Source: Eledone cirrhosa (Eukaryota). Taken from it: a stretch of DNA of 64,000 bases. Where the stretch lies: contig OZ024762.1 of NCBI GenBank assembly GCA_964016885.1, forward strand, positions 2,418,001 to 2,482,000, read 5' to 3'. The notes under the pieces were generated by a model, which searched no databases, had not been told where the DNA came from, and saw nothing but the letters and a program-made list of their open reading frames with translations. Of the stretch, positions 28,898 to 45,810 are shown piece by piece. Position numbers and translations under genes: made by a program. Position 1 is the stretch's first letter. Every line of letters begins with the position of its first letter.

Positions 28898-31380
28898 CTA
28901 TGAAAGAGTGATGCTAGGGCTGTGCAATCTTGCATGTTGAAAAATAAACCTCATTTGGTCATTCCGTGAGAGTATCTTGGTCAGCCTATGAAGGAGTGAT
29001 GCTAGAGCTGTGCAATCTTGCATGTTGAAAAATAAACCTCATTTGGTCATTCCATGAGAGTATCTTGGTCAGCCTATGTAGGAGTGATGCTAGAGCTCTG
29101 CAATCTTGCATGTTGAAAAATAAACCTCATTTGGTCATTCCGTGAGAGTATCTTGGTCAGCCTATGAAGGAGTGATGCTAGAGCTGTGAAATCTTGCATG
29201 TTGAAAAATAAACCTCATTTGATCATTCCATGAGAGTATCTTGGTCAGCTTATGAAGGAATGATGCTAGAGCTGTGCAATCTTGCATGTTGAAAAATAAA
29301 CCTCATTTGGTCATTCCATGAGAGTATCTTGGTCAGCCTATGTAGGAGTGATGCTAGAGCTCTGCAATCTTGCATGTTGAAAAATAAACCTCATTTGGTC
29401 ATTCCGTGAGAGTATCTTGGTCAGCCTATGAAGGAGTGATGCTAGAGCTGTGAAATCTTGCATGTTGAAAAATAAACCTCATTTGATCATTCCATGAGAG
29501 TATCTTGGTCAGCTTATGAAGGAATGATGCTAGAGCTCTGCAATCTTGCATGTTGAAAAATAAACCTCATTTGGTCATTCCATGAGAGTATCTTGGTCAG
29601 CCTATGAAGGAGTGATGCTAGAGCTGTGAAATCTTGCATGTTGAAAAATAAACCTCATTTGATCATTCCATGAGAGTATCTTGGTCAGCTTATGAAGGAA
29701 TGATGCTAGAGCTCTGCAATCTTGCATATTGAAAAATAAACCTCATTTGGTCATTCCATGAGAGTATCTTGGTCAGCCTATGAAGGAGTGAAGCTAGAGC
29801 TGTGCAATCTTGCATGTTGAAAAATATACCTCATTTGGTCATTCCATGAGAGTATCTTGGTCAGCCCATGAAGGAGTGATGCTAGAGCTGTACAATCTTG
29901 CATGTTGATAAATATACCTCATTTGGTCATTCCATGAGAGTATCTTGGTCAGCTTATGAAGGAATGATGCTAGAGCTCTGCAATCTTGCATGTTGAAAAA
30001 TAAACCTCATTTGGTCATTCCGTGAGAGTATCTTGGTCAGCCTATGAAGGAGTGATGCTAGAGCTGTGAAATCTTGCATGTTGAAAAATAAACCTCATTT
30101 GATCATTCCACGAGAGTATCTTGGTCAGCTTATGAAGGAATGATGCTAGAGCTCTGCAATCTTGCATATTGAAAAATAAACCTCATTTGGTCATTCCATG
30201 AGAGTATCTTGGTCAGCCTATGAAGGAGTGATGCTCGAGCTATGCAATCTTGCATGTTGAAAAATAAACCTCATTTGGTCATTCCATGAGAGTATCTTGG
30301 TCAGCCTATGAATGAGTGATGCTAGAGCTGTGCAATCTTGCATGTTGAAAAATATACCTCATTTGGTCATTCCATGAGAGTATCTTGGTCAGCCCATGAA
30401 GGAGTGATGCTAGAGCTGTACAATCTTGAATGTTGATAAATATACCTCATTTGGTCATTCCATGAGAGTATCTTGGTCAGCCTATGAAGGAGTGATGCTA
30501 GAGCTGTGCAATCTTCCATGTTGAAAAATAAACCTAATTTGGTCATTCCATGAGAGTATCTTGGTCAGCCTATGAAGGAGTGATGCTAGAGCTGTGCAAT
30601 CTTGCATGTTGAAAAATAAACCTCATTTGGTCATTCCATGAGAGTATCTTGGTCAGCCTATGAAGGAGTGATGCTAGAGCTGTGCAATCTTGCATGTTGA
30701 AAAATATACCTCATTTGGTCATTCCATGAGAGTATCTTGGTCAGCCTATGAAGGAGTGATGCTAGAGCTGTGCAATCTTGCATGTTGAAAAATAAACCTC
30801 ATTTGGTTATTCCATGAGAGTATCTTGGTCAGCCTATGAAGGAGTGATGCTAGAGCTGTGCAATCTTGCATGTTGAAAAATAAACCTCATTTGGTCATTC
30901 CATGAGAGTATCTTGGTCAGCCTATGAAGTAGTGATGCTAGAGCTGTGCAATCTTGCATGTTGAAAAATAAACCTCATTTGGTCATTCCATGAGAGTATC
31001 TTGGTCAGCCTATGAAGGAGTGATGCTAGAGCTGTGCAATCTTGCATGTTGAAAAATAAACCTCATTTGGTCATTCCATGAGAGTATCTTGGTCAGCTTA
31101 TGAAGGAGTGATGCTAGGGCTGTGCAATCTTGCATGTTGAAAAATAAACCCCATTTGATCATTCCATGAGAGTATCTTAGTCAGCTTATGAAGGAATGAT
31201 GCTAGGGCTGTGCAATCTTGCATGTTGAAAAATAAACCTCATTTGGTCATTCCATGAGAGTATCTTGGTCAGCTTATGAAGGAGCGATGCTTGAGCTGTG
31301 AAATCTTGCATGTTGAAAAATAAACCTCATTTGGTCATTCCATGAGAGTATCTTGGTCAGCCTATGAAGGAGTGATGCTA
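28898..31380 (+). repeat. 88-bp mariner-derived tandem repeat, ~28 copies, opposite orientation
   Basis: Unit CTATGAAGGAGTGATGCTAGAGCTGTGCAATCTTGCATGTTGAAAAATAAACCTCATTTGGTCATTCCATGAGAGTATCTTGGTCAGC. Confidence 0.95.
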
Positions 31381-31451
31381 TATATATATACTTATATATA
31401 CATGTATATATATATATACATGTATATATATACATGTATATATATATATAC

Positions 31452-31685
31452 ATGAGAGATTTGCATGACGTGGAGGTGGATGTCCTCAAGAAACATCTCG
31501 ACACCCTGTTATCCAGAATCCCGGATGAGCCCACAGCAAGACACGAGGGAAACCTAAGAGCAGCAGCAACAAACTCCCTCTTACACCAGTGGCCAACCTA
31601 TACAGGCTGGAGATAAAATGTGTAGCAACAAGGGCGGTGCCCCAGCCTGGCCTCAGCCGGATGGCTGAAAAACAGGTAAAATAGT
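31452..31685 (+). mobile_element. LINE 3' end fragment (CR1/L2-like, related to 9076-9997)
   Basis: LKKHLDTLLSRIPDEPT...AATNSLLHQ parallels [18 protein letters not shown]...TNSNSLLEW. Confidence 0.75.
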
Positions 31686-31705
31686 ATATGTGTATATATG
31701 GATAT

Positions 31706-31773
<68 letters not shown>

Positions 31774-32567
31774 GTATATCTATATCTATATCTATATATA
31801 AAAGTATATATATATATATATATATAAATGTATATATACATATATATATATATATAATGATATAATGATGTGTTCACCTATTAAAAATCCACAAAATCCT
31901 TTTAATATTGTCGTTTTCGTCCATAGCAAGTGTTCTTTCGAAATAATTTTTGCACCCATTTTTGCGATTAAGTAAAGACAGAGTTATCGTTCTTGAGATT
32001 TCGTCCTGGTGAAATTTAAGGAACTGATGTCGTTAAAGCGTCAACTTATTTAGCCGCACTGTTGCATCATGGGAGAGGTTAGGCTTGATTTTTTTTAAAA
32101 ATAAAAATGCGAGTTTTTTTAATTTACTCCTTGCCACCGTGTTTGTTGTTTGATAGAAGTAAATAAATAAAAGAATTACTTCCATCCCACACCTCCCTGT
32201 AATCTGAATATCTAATTACCATGATGCCGGGAGTGGTTAATCTAAACAAAGGGCAATATGTAATCGCTACACCGGCCTCATAATAATTACTATTGTTCTC
32301 CTATTTTTCTTCAAAGTGATTTCGCTTCTTTATTTCATAGAATCATGGCTAATTAATTTAAAGCCACTCACTGACGATCTCCGGCCTCTCACCCTCAGAT
32401 GTTCTGTCTTCTACAACCCCTTTTAAAACAATGAAAGGTGCATTCAACGATGTAGATATATATACATATATATATACACATACATATATATATATACATA
32501 TATATATAATATAGATGAGATTCTACAGGACTAGAACAGATTCTACAGGATTCTGCAGGACTAGAAC

Positions 32568-32618
32568 AGATTCCTGATGATTTCTGAAGAATGAAACAGT
32601 TCTAGTCCTATAGAATCT
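32568..32618 (+). ncRNA. Type I hammerhead ribozyme in a Penelope-like insert (32515-32702), with one stem III mismatch
   Basis: AGAUUC-CUGAUGA-UUUC ugaa GAAU-GAAACAG uucuaguc CUAUA|GAAUCU. The inverted copies at 32516-32570 preserve CCTGTAG, which would restore stem III. The downstream sequence recurs at 50375-50449. Confidence 0.7.
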
Positions 32619-32700
32619 CACCTATATTAAAACTTTTATACTCTGCTATGTATTGAGTACCTTACTTACTGTGGTTACCTCCGATTCAACCCGGAATAAC

Positions 32701-32799
<99 letters not shown>

Positions 32800-32808
32800 T
32801 TATTTTTG

Positions 32809-32839
<31 letters not shown>

Positions 32840-32864
32840 CATATATTATTTTTGATATATATAC

Positions 32865-32925
<61 letters not shown>

Positions 32926-32981
32926 TTATTTTTGATATACCTCCATGTATGATCTGAGTTCATACCTCCATGTATGATCTG

Positions 32982-33097
32982 AGTTCAAATCCCGCCGAGG
33001 TTAACTTTGCCTTTCATCCTTCCGGGGTCGATAGAATAAAGTACCAGTAATACATTGGATAATTGCTGGCCTTGTGCCAAAAGTAGAAACAATTATT
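32982..33097 (+). mobile_element. tRNA-derived SINE, 5'-truncated
   Basis: B-box-like GAGTTCAAATCC followed by the GCCTTTCATCCTTCCGGGGTCGATA core. Confidence 0.8.
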
Positions 33098-33164
33098 TTT
33101 GATATATATATATATATTATCAAGAAAACGAAAAATCAGTGATGTATCTGGACTTAGTTTATTT

Positions 33165-33255
33165 CGTGTTACAAATGTTTCGTCGGCATGTAGCTCGAGT
33201 TATGGTCCTTGTATGGATCTGGCTGATTCTACTTCTGCGGGTTCTTTCAGACACG
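33165..33255 (-). ncRNA. Degenerate hammerhead-like motif
   Basis: CGUGU-CUGAAAGA-[~60 nt]-GAAACAUUUGUA|ACACG, with an extra A in the core and an irregular stem II. Confidence 0.35.
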
Positions 33256-33813
33256 GCTGTTATGTCCGGAGCAAATTTTATCACTGGGGTGTTATCATCA
33301 AAACAACACCCTAAAAAAAACCCTACTTCCACTCTTGTCATGCCTTTGGCTGTTTTTACTCCACGTCATCACAAGTTCTGGTCAGTATCTGCTGCCACAC
33401 GGGTCATCAGCCATTATCCGTCCGACACATTTCAATGGAGTCATGCTGGGTTCAGTACCCCACACGTCTGTTCACACTTCAGAGTAAGCACCCACACATA
33501 CTAGAATAAACACATAACAACACACACATATTCAGACATATACCTCTCTATGCATTCACACTCGTACGTCAACATGCGCAGACACCCACACGGCTACATA
33601 CATAAATCGCAGTATATATACTCACACACCCTCTCTCCCATAGACCCAGTCACACACACACACTTGTTGATACATGCCGCCACGAGCCTTCTCACTGTTC
33701 TGTATTAATTGGGTAAGCAAGTCCTATTCAAACCTTCACATATATACATACACATGCGCGCATACACACATACGGCCAACCTTCTATACATTTAAATATA
33801 TATATATACATAC

Positions 33814-33904
<91 letters not shown>

Positions 33905-33905
<1 letters not shown>

Positions 33906-35095
33906 TAGCATTAAAGCCCGGCGTTGCTCGGGGTCATTACGTTACCAAAGTTAGGTTGCACCACCCATTTTATGGCAGCACTTTTTTGTCTGCCAGGCAC
34001 TGGGTGAATGAATTGCAGACCTGGAAGCAGGAGCTGCGCCAGCAGTGACAATTGTAGTTTCGCCTATGGATATTATCTCTGTGCAAAAAAGTGTTGAAAT
34101 TTATTGTTTCACAGTACTTGCGCAACGCGCGCGTAGACGATGCCAGCCGAACAACAGAGCTGCGATGGAGTTGTTCTGCATCGTTGTCTGTGTGTTTTCT
34201 AAATTTAAGACATTAGGGAGGGTTATGATATGAGGGAGAATTAGCTGTTGTTTCTAGCAGGTTTAGTGACCTCATAGAGGATATGTGTTTTCTAAATTTA
34301 AAACAGTAGGGATGGGTGTGATATGGGGGAGAGTTAGCTGCTGTTTCTAGCAGGTTTAGTAACCTCATAGAGGATATGTGTTTTCTAAATTTAAGACAGT
34401 AGGCAGTGGTATGATATGGGGGAGAGTTAGCTGCTGTTTCTAGCAGGTTTAGTGACCTCATAGAAGATATGTTTTCTAAATTTAAGACAGTAGGGAGGGG
34501 TGTGGCATGGGGGAGAGTTAGCTGATGTTTCTAGCAGGTTTAGTGACCTCATAGAGGATATTATTGTTTATCATTATCTATAAAAGGCAGATTGTTGTTG
34601 TTGTTGTTGAAGTGAGTGTGTGTTTGTATGCGTTTGGAAAAGAGGTTTTAAAAAAGATTTATCGCTTGTTGTTGAATAAATGTATCTGTTGCTTTTGAAT
34701 AATTGTCGTTTCGTATGAAATGTAATAATTTGAAGTATAAAAGAGAAAGTAGCAAAATGTGTGGGTTGTAGATAGAGGAAAAAGCAGATGATATGACAGA
34801 GTAATACGGACAGTATCACCATCAAGCTTGGAAAGAGAAAGTAGCAGAAAGTATGAAGTTGTATAGATTTTGAATGGTAGTGGAAAGAGTTTAGCAGTTT
34901 AAATGACAGAGAAAAATCGTAAAATATTGAGTTTTATCTATTTTTTGCGTAATTGTGGGTGAAATTGAAAAAATGAGATGTGCCAAGACGCATTCGAAAC
35001 TATTTCGAATACTGAATTGTAAATTTCAATTGAAGAAATTCTATATCGTAGATTTCTATAAGAAAGGAGCATGACCACACACTGAGCTTTATAGA
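33905..35095 (-). mobile_element. Non-autonomous Helitron containing ~4 copies of an ~90-bp internal repeat (34195-34560)
   Basis: On the minus strand: 5' TC at 35095, 3' hairpin CCCG-AGCAACGC-CGGG then CTAG at 33905, inserted between A and T with no TSD. Confidence 0.75.
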
Positions 35096-35502
35096 TTATG
35101 ATACATATATATATATATATACATAGTATTAAGGCTACTATTTATGGTTATGTATATACTAAAACCTTTTATAGTTATATATATTTTAAACCCTAAATAG
35201 TGAAAGACAGTAATTTATTACTACCTTATTACCAGTAAGATAAATAGCTCAATGTAACAACATCAGTTGTTCTACAGAGCAGTTATATAGAAATTACATG
35301 AATCAAAGTTCTGTTCAAACCATTTATTCGCTTACAATTGTTTCTTCCAAACCGAGGTCTGGAGTCTTCGGAGCCATTTTTCAATGATTGTTTACATACA
35401 TGACCTCCTTTTCAACACAAGAGACATACAGAAACATATGTATATATTGATGCACAGTGGGTTGACATCTATTATAATATTTTAGCATGGCAATTTCCAT
35501 TC

Positions 35503-37388
<1,886 letters not shown>

Positions 37389-37464
37389 ACGAAGGAAATG
37401 TGGTAAGGAACAGGTGGACCATAACGCACCAAAGTACTCAATACTTGAGGTAGTAGAGTGGGTA

Positions 37465-37585
37465 ATAGGAACCAGTAAGACCCCGACAGCTGAGCTCAAG
37501 CCGTTTCGACGGCTAATTCTGGACTAATCCAGAATTAGCCGTCGAACGGCTTGAGCTCAGCTGTCGGGGTCTTACTGGTTCCTAT
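37465..37585. repeat. 121-bp near-perfect hairpin containing the 3' half of a hammerhead
   Basis: Arms of ~58 bp around a CTAA loop. The minus strand reads GAAACGGC-UUGAGCUCA-GCUGUC|GGGGUC. Confidence 0.8.
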
Positions 37586-37689
37586 ATATATATATATATA
37601 TATGCATATATATATATATATGCATATATATATATATATATATGCATATATATATATATATGCATATATATATATATATATGCATATAT

Positions 37690-38193
37690 TGGGACAGCTG
37701 CATAAAAAGGTGCAGAGCACTAGAAGTTGATGGAAACCGCGGAGTGGGGAGACCCAAAGATGACTTGGGATGAGGTGATAAAAGCCGACCTTACCCAACC
37801 TACACTCCTCTCAAAGTCAATGACCACGACCGTGACTTCTGGCGTCACGCAGTAATACAGGGTACCCGACCTCCCATGGGTGACATGCTGAAGCATATAA
37901 ACAATATGCCCCCCCCCCCACCGCAAGGTGGCCGTGGAGGTGCCACGGCAAAAAAGCACCCAGCCACACTGTAAAGTGGACGTGTAGGCGCCACGAAAAA
38001 GCACCCAGCACTCACTGTAAATGAGGTTGGTGTTAGGAAGGGCATCCAGCTGTAGAAATCAAGCCAGATCAGTTCCTGTATGAGCAAGGCATGGTCAGCC
38101 GACCAGACACTGCCCACAACAGGACAACCCGTCTAACCCATGCTAGCGTGGAAGAACGACGTAAAACGGTGATGATGATGATGATGATGATGA
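37690..38193 (+). mobile_element. RTE LINE 3' end with (GAT)n tail
   Basis: Frameshifted RGVGRPK motif homologous to 45415-45450; tail at 38170-38193. Confidence 0.75.
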
Positions 38194-40124
<1,931 letters not shown>

Positions 40125-40966
40125 GAAAAATATGGGTGAGAAGAATACTGCTGTTGCACATGGATAACATGTTATAAAATGAGTCCTCATCAGTGATTTA
40201 CCAAACGATCATGGGTATTTCATCGCATTAAAAATCATATACCTCACGTTGGAGCGATAATAACTAAAATAAGTTATTAGGACAATAGAAACGCGTAAAG
40301 CGAGTGAGACAAGTAAACAACACAGGGGGAAGCTAACCGAAGATGGAAATAAACACAGCAACATAGTTATTCTTTCAGCATAAGCTGTGTGAAAATATGC
40401 GTGTGTCAGAAACAGACCTTTCACTAGTGAATTCGGTGTTACAAAGAAGGAGAACCGTTTTCACAGCGAACGGGAGGAAGAAAGAAGGGAGAAACAGGGA
40501 CTGAGTGAGTGGAGTGCGAGGAAGAGGTCAGTAGAGAGAAAGTGTTGACTGACATGGCAGAGGGGACGAAAGAAAGTAAGAGAAACAGAGAGAACGAGGG
40601 AGCAGTAAGAGAGAAAGAGAGAAACACAGAATTGCAGTTTGGGTAAATATATGAAAAATGGGTGAGAAGAATACATATATATATACATATATATATACAT
40701 ATATATACATATATATGAATATATTTACATATATATACACATATATATACATATATATGTATATATTTACATATATATACATATATTGGCAACATGACCC
40801 TCCCAAAGTATAACAATATCGGTTTCAACACACGTTTTCAGATAAAGAATCTTGCTAAACAAATTCAGAAACGAAATATACATTTATATATGTATATATA
40901 TATTTACATATATATACATTTATATATATATATATTTATATATATGTGTGTGTATATATATATATA

Positions 40967-41027
<61 letters not shown>

Positions 41028-41034
41028 ATATATA

Positions 41035-41081
<47 letters not shown>

Positions 41082-41418
41082 GTATATATATGTATATATA
41101 TGTATATATATGTATATACATGTACACATATATATTTATATATATGTGTATATATAAATATATATATATATATGTATATATATGTATATATATGTATATA
41201 CATGTACACATATATTTATATATGTGTATATATATGTATATATATGTGTATATATATATATATATTTATAGATTTTGAGTTTATGTTGGTTGTATACCAA
41301 CACCTCAGTATGCAGGCTGGAGCACTCGACGAAGTGCGCAGGTTGGTTTGGTTACTCCGGAGTAGTGTAAAATAAAGTTAAATAAAAGTCAAATGATTAA
41401 AATTTAGCTTCGTTTATT

Positions 41419-41473
41419 ACTGCTATATATATTTCAGTGACAGCCATCTTTGGCTGTGACCTCTTCAGGCAGT
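41419..41473 (-). ncRNA. Minimal type I hammerhead ribozyme
   Basis: Reverse complement of 41554-41608. Confidence 0.8.
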
Positions 41474-41553
41474 TTGAATTAGTATGGTATAGACAAGTAC
41501 ATATGTTGTTTAGGTAAACAACATATGTACTTGTCTATACCATACTAATTCAA

Positions 41554-41608
41554 ACTGCCTGAAGAGGTCACAGCCAAAGATGGCTGTCACTGAAATATAT
41601 ATAGCAGT
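41554..41608 (+). ncRNA. Minimal type I hammerhead ribozyme
   Basis: ACUGC-CUGAAGA-GGUcACAGCC aaagau GGCUGUcACU-GAA-AUAUAUAU-A|GCAGU. Confidence 0.8.
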
Positions 41609-41689
41609 AATAAACGAAGCTAAATTTTAATCATTTGACTTTTATTTAACTTTATTTTATATATATTTATATATATGTATATATATATT

Positions 41690-41724
<35 letters not shown>

Positions 41725-41935
41725 GTATATACATGTATATATATATGTATATATATATATTGATATAATATATATATATATTTATATATATGTATGTGTG
41801 TATCTTGTGGAATAAGTCAGTAGTTTTGGATGTAAATTAATTAATTCTAGTGGTGTCTTAGTGGCATTTTAGTCATGTCTTAGTGGTGTTTTACTGTTAG
41901 TCTTAGTGGTGTCTCAGTGGTGTTTCAGTGCTGTC

Positions 41936-42886
41936 TCAGTGGTGTGTAAGTTTTTTGCAGCTCAAGAAGTGTTTTGTAGCTTTCCGGAACTGGTTGCTGA
42001 AGATATTATATACAATAAAATTAATGAAATAATTGACTTTGATGAAGAAAACTGCCATGCATCTGAAGACAGTCAATTTTTCGATGGATCCAGCCATATA
42101 CTCTACGATTTTGCAGATGACAAGCGGTGAATAGCAGCCAATGAAAATTCCAAACACCAACATCATCATCTTTGCTTTATTGATTTCATCTCTTTCGGAA
42201 TTGTCTGTTGTAGAAGATGGTCCAATTGTACGTAAATGTTTCCTCGCTATCCACATTACATTTAGATAACAGAAGGCGGATGCTGTCATGAAGAAGAACC
42301 CAGTGGTAAATACAAAGCCATTTGTCCATCTTGGGTAAATAAGTTCAATCGCGCAATGTGAAACACCATCCAAATTTGAGAACATAGAGAAAACTATGAC
42401 TACCAAAAGGTTTACAAACCAAGATAAAAGTATGGCCACACTGGTTGTCCGAGTGGTTATGTAAGTTGTGTATTTAAACGGTAGAAGTACAGCGATATAT
42501 CTTTCAATGGAGAGCAATGTTAGATTGGTGATGGACAGGTAGGCCGAGCAGAAATTCATAGATAGAATAAACATACAAAATAATTGTGTCACATGATTGC
42601 GGAACCTAGAAACAAGTGTGGGTAATAGTGTCAAAAATCCGTAAGTAATGTCACTCAATGCCAGGTTAGCTACAAACATGTTGGTGTAACTTCGTAAAGC
42701 TGGGTACTTGAAAATACAAATAATTGTGAGGAGGTTAAAGAAAATGATGGGGATCAGTGTTAAAATCTCAATCGTGATTATTATATAAACCATTGGATAG
42801 AAACGACAACGTATATCCAAGCTGAATCCAGAAGCGTTGTTTTCTGCTTCCTCTAGTCCAGTTGACATGAATGTGCATACATACAC
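41936..42886 (-). CDS. Intronless rhodopsin-like (class A) GPCR, orphan, with Lys at TM7 position 7.43
   Basis: Seven hydrophobic segments; N1.50, NLALSD, C3.25, SIERY, W4.50, CYSP, NFIVY and helix 8 QFRKA. The start may be the second Met (MSTGLEE). Confidence 0.92.
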   Translation of the reverse strand: MYVCTFMSTGLEEAENNASGFSLDIRCRFYPMVYIIITIEILTLIPIIFFNLLTIICIFKYPALRSYTNMFVANLALSDITYGFLTLLPTLVSRFRNHVTQLFCMFILSMNFCSAYLSITNLTLLSIERYIAVLLPFKYTTYITTRTTSVAILLSWFVNLLVVIVFSMFSNLDGVSHCAIELIYPRWTNGFVFTTGFFFMTASAFCYLNVMWIARKHLRTIGPSSTTDNSERDEINKAKMMMLVFGIFIGCYSPLVICKIVEYMAGSIEKLTVFRCMAVFFIKVNYFINFIVYNIFSNQFRKATKHFLSCKKLTHH

Positions 42887-42907
42887 ACCCGCTCTATCTG
42901 TATATAA

Positions 42908-42944
<37 letters not shown>

Positions 42945-42975
42945 ATATATATGATAAATATATATCATATATGAT

Positions 42976-43008
<33 letters not shown>

Positions 43009-43384
43009 GATATATATGTATATATATATATGATATATTTCATATATATATATATAAGATATATACATCTTTGTATGTGAATGTGTGTGTGTATGCATCT
43101 GTGAGTGAGTGTGTCTTGCAAAATAAGCTTGATTCTAATTCCTATAATAATCAATTAGTTTAATTAATTAGACATAAAAACACCTGAGACAGGTAAAACC
43201 TTCCTAAATCACCTGAGACATAAATCTTTAGATTTGTCTGATTAATCTCTGGAAAAGTTTGGCAAGAAACTCTAGCAATTTGCTTTAATTCTGTACAGTT
43301 TTGTGTGTGTATGAGTCTGTATATATACGTGTGTCAGTGTATTTGTGCGTGTGCGTATGTATATATATGTATGTGTGTGTGTGT

Positions 43385-43502
43385 GTGTATGGAGCAATGT
43401 GAAATAAAGCGCCTTGCTCAAGGTCACCACCCTGTGTGAGAATGAAACTCAGGACCTTCAGAACATGATTAAAACACTAATTACTGAGCCACATCGCTTC
43501 AC
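43385..43502 (-). mobile_element. Degraded tRNA-derived SINE (second family)
   Basis: GGAGCAATGTGAAATAAAGCGCCTTGCTCAAGG...ACTGAGCCAC gives an A-box-like GTGGCTCAGT on the minus strand. Confidence 0.5.
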
Positions 43503-43517
43503 ATATACAACATAAAA

Positions 43518-44387
<870 letters not shown>

Positions 44388-44665
44388 TAAATGGAATAGA
44401 ATGAAACGAAATTTCATTTCTCACTCTTAGTACGGCACTTACTTAAATGTAAGTATGTATGTATACATACATACATATATGTATACAGACGTACAGTAGC
44501 ATGTATATATATATACATACAGGCACACATACATATATGCATGTATCAGTTTACCGAACATTTATTATAATGCTCGGTTTGTTCGTTTGTAAACAAACAA
44601 ACAGCCTGAATTACGCCGTACAGTGTTTAGGCAACCACGTCACCTTTTTGTTCAACACTGACACA
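44388..44665 (-). mobile_element. Dispersed partial copy of the 466-bp hammerhead repeat
   Basis: Colinear with 60698-60996 (GAAATTTCATTTCTCACTCTTAGTA...TTTTGTTCAACACTGACACA), diverged, with (TA)n flanks. Confidence 0.88.
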
Positions 44666-44702
44666 TATATATAAATATATATAAATATATATAAATATAT
44701 AT

Positions 44703-45605
44703 ATTAAGACTAAAGTTCTAGTTTGTAGGAAGGAAAATAGGGCACCGGTCCCATCTGGGAAATGGCCATGCTCAGTGTGTAGGAATGGAGTAGGTAGAAA
44801 CTCCATTTTATGTCCCAAATGCAAAGTATGGGTACATAAAAGATGTAGTGGGATCACAGGTAAGCTAACTAAGAATATAGATTTTATATGTGGCTGGTGC
44901 TCTGGTGCAATAAGTAGCAGCAAGTGCCCACAGAATACTAACTCATTCCATTGCACAGATGGTTCTATAGAAATAGTGGACAGCTTCCGTTACTTGGGTG
45001 ATAAAATCACCAGTGGGGGAGGGTGCTCTGAAAGTACAGTAGCTAGAGTCAGAACGGGATGGAAAAAGTTCAGAGAGCTTATACCACTATTGGCCGCTAA
45101 AGGGTTCTCTCTAAAAATGAAAGGCAGATTGTATGATGCCTGCATACGAACAGCAATGTTACATGGCAATGAGACCTGGGCATTGTGTGCAGAGGATATA
45201 CGCAGACTAGAGAGGAACGAAGCTTGCATGCTCCGCTGGATGTGTAATAGTAATATACGTGAACGGCAAAGCATAAACGAACTAAGGGAGAAATTAGAAA
45301 TAAGAGGGATCAGATATTGTTTACTCAAGAGAAGACTACGTTGGTATGGTCACGTGATGCGCATGAAAGATGACATCTGTATAAAAAAGTGCAGGGCAAT
45401 AAAAATAGACGGTAGCCACGGAGTAGGCAGACCCAGAAAAACCTGGGACGACTTCATAAATTCCGACCTCACACACTTACACTTCTCCAAGACAATGTCA
45501 CTGGACCGAGATCTTTGGCGTTACACAGTAATAGACCCGCCTTACCTAAATACATAGTAAAACCTACTACAGTCAGTAGGCATCTCTAACAAAATACACC
45601 CCCGT
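44703..45605 (+). mobile_element. 5'-truncated RTE-clade LINE (ORF C-terminus with a Cys-rich insert)
   Basis: KTKVLV...WPCSVCRNGVGRNSILCPKCKVWVHKRC...FRYLG...MLHGNETW...RRLRWYGHVMR...GRPRKTW. Confidence 0.9.
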
Positions 45606-45619
45606 GTATAATAATAATA

Positions 45620-45810
45620 ATTATTTCTACTTTTTGGCACAAGGCCAGCAATAACCCAGTACATTACTGGTACTTTATTTTATCGACCCCGTAAGGATGA
45701 AAGGCAAAGTTAACCTCGGCGGGATTTGAACTCGGAATGGAAAAGGCCGTAACTCTATGCGTCAAAGCATGGCGTCCGACCCTCCACCAATACTGCCAAT
45801 CCACCGCCTT
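45620..45810 (-). mobile_element. tRNA-derived SINE
   Basis: Same family as 32982, includes the head region. Confidence 0.8.

Larger units (their letters stand above)
26526..32458. repeat. ~6-kb nested imperfect palindrome
   Basis: Inverted pairs: 26526-27065 with 31918-32458, 27066-27210 with 31380-31522, the two 88-bp arrays, and 28316-28550 with 28665-28901. Confidence 0.9.
41273..41659. mobile_element. Penelope-like pLTR with a 145-bp fold-back (arms 41368-41512 and 41515-41659)
   Basis: Perfect palindrome with a GG loop, (TA)n flanks, and a second family member at 51003-51518. Confidence 0.8.

Noticed and set aside
27208-31380. Regular repeat arrays (88, 72, 123 and 466 bp) as CRISPR arrays
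   Set aside because: No unique spacers, no cas genes, and a eukaryotic intron/TE context.
40125-40310. Hammerhead pieces: CTGATGAGGACTC on the minus strand (~40181-40193) and GAAACGCGTA on the plus strand (~40288)
   Set aside because: Each lacks its partner half. Probably decayed PLE sequence, but no complete fold can be supported.
41906-42130. ORFs antisense to the GPCRs and LINEs (also 52847-53029, 53446-53706, 9082-9469, 22006-22734)
   Set aside because: Shadow ORFs of real coding sequence on the other strand.
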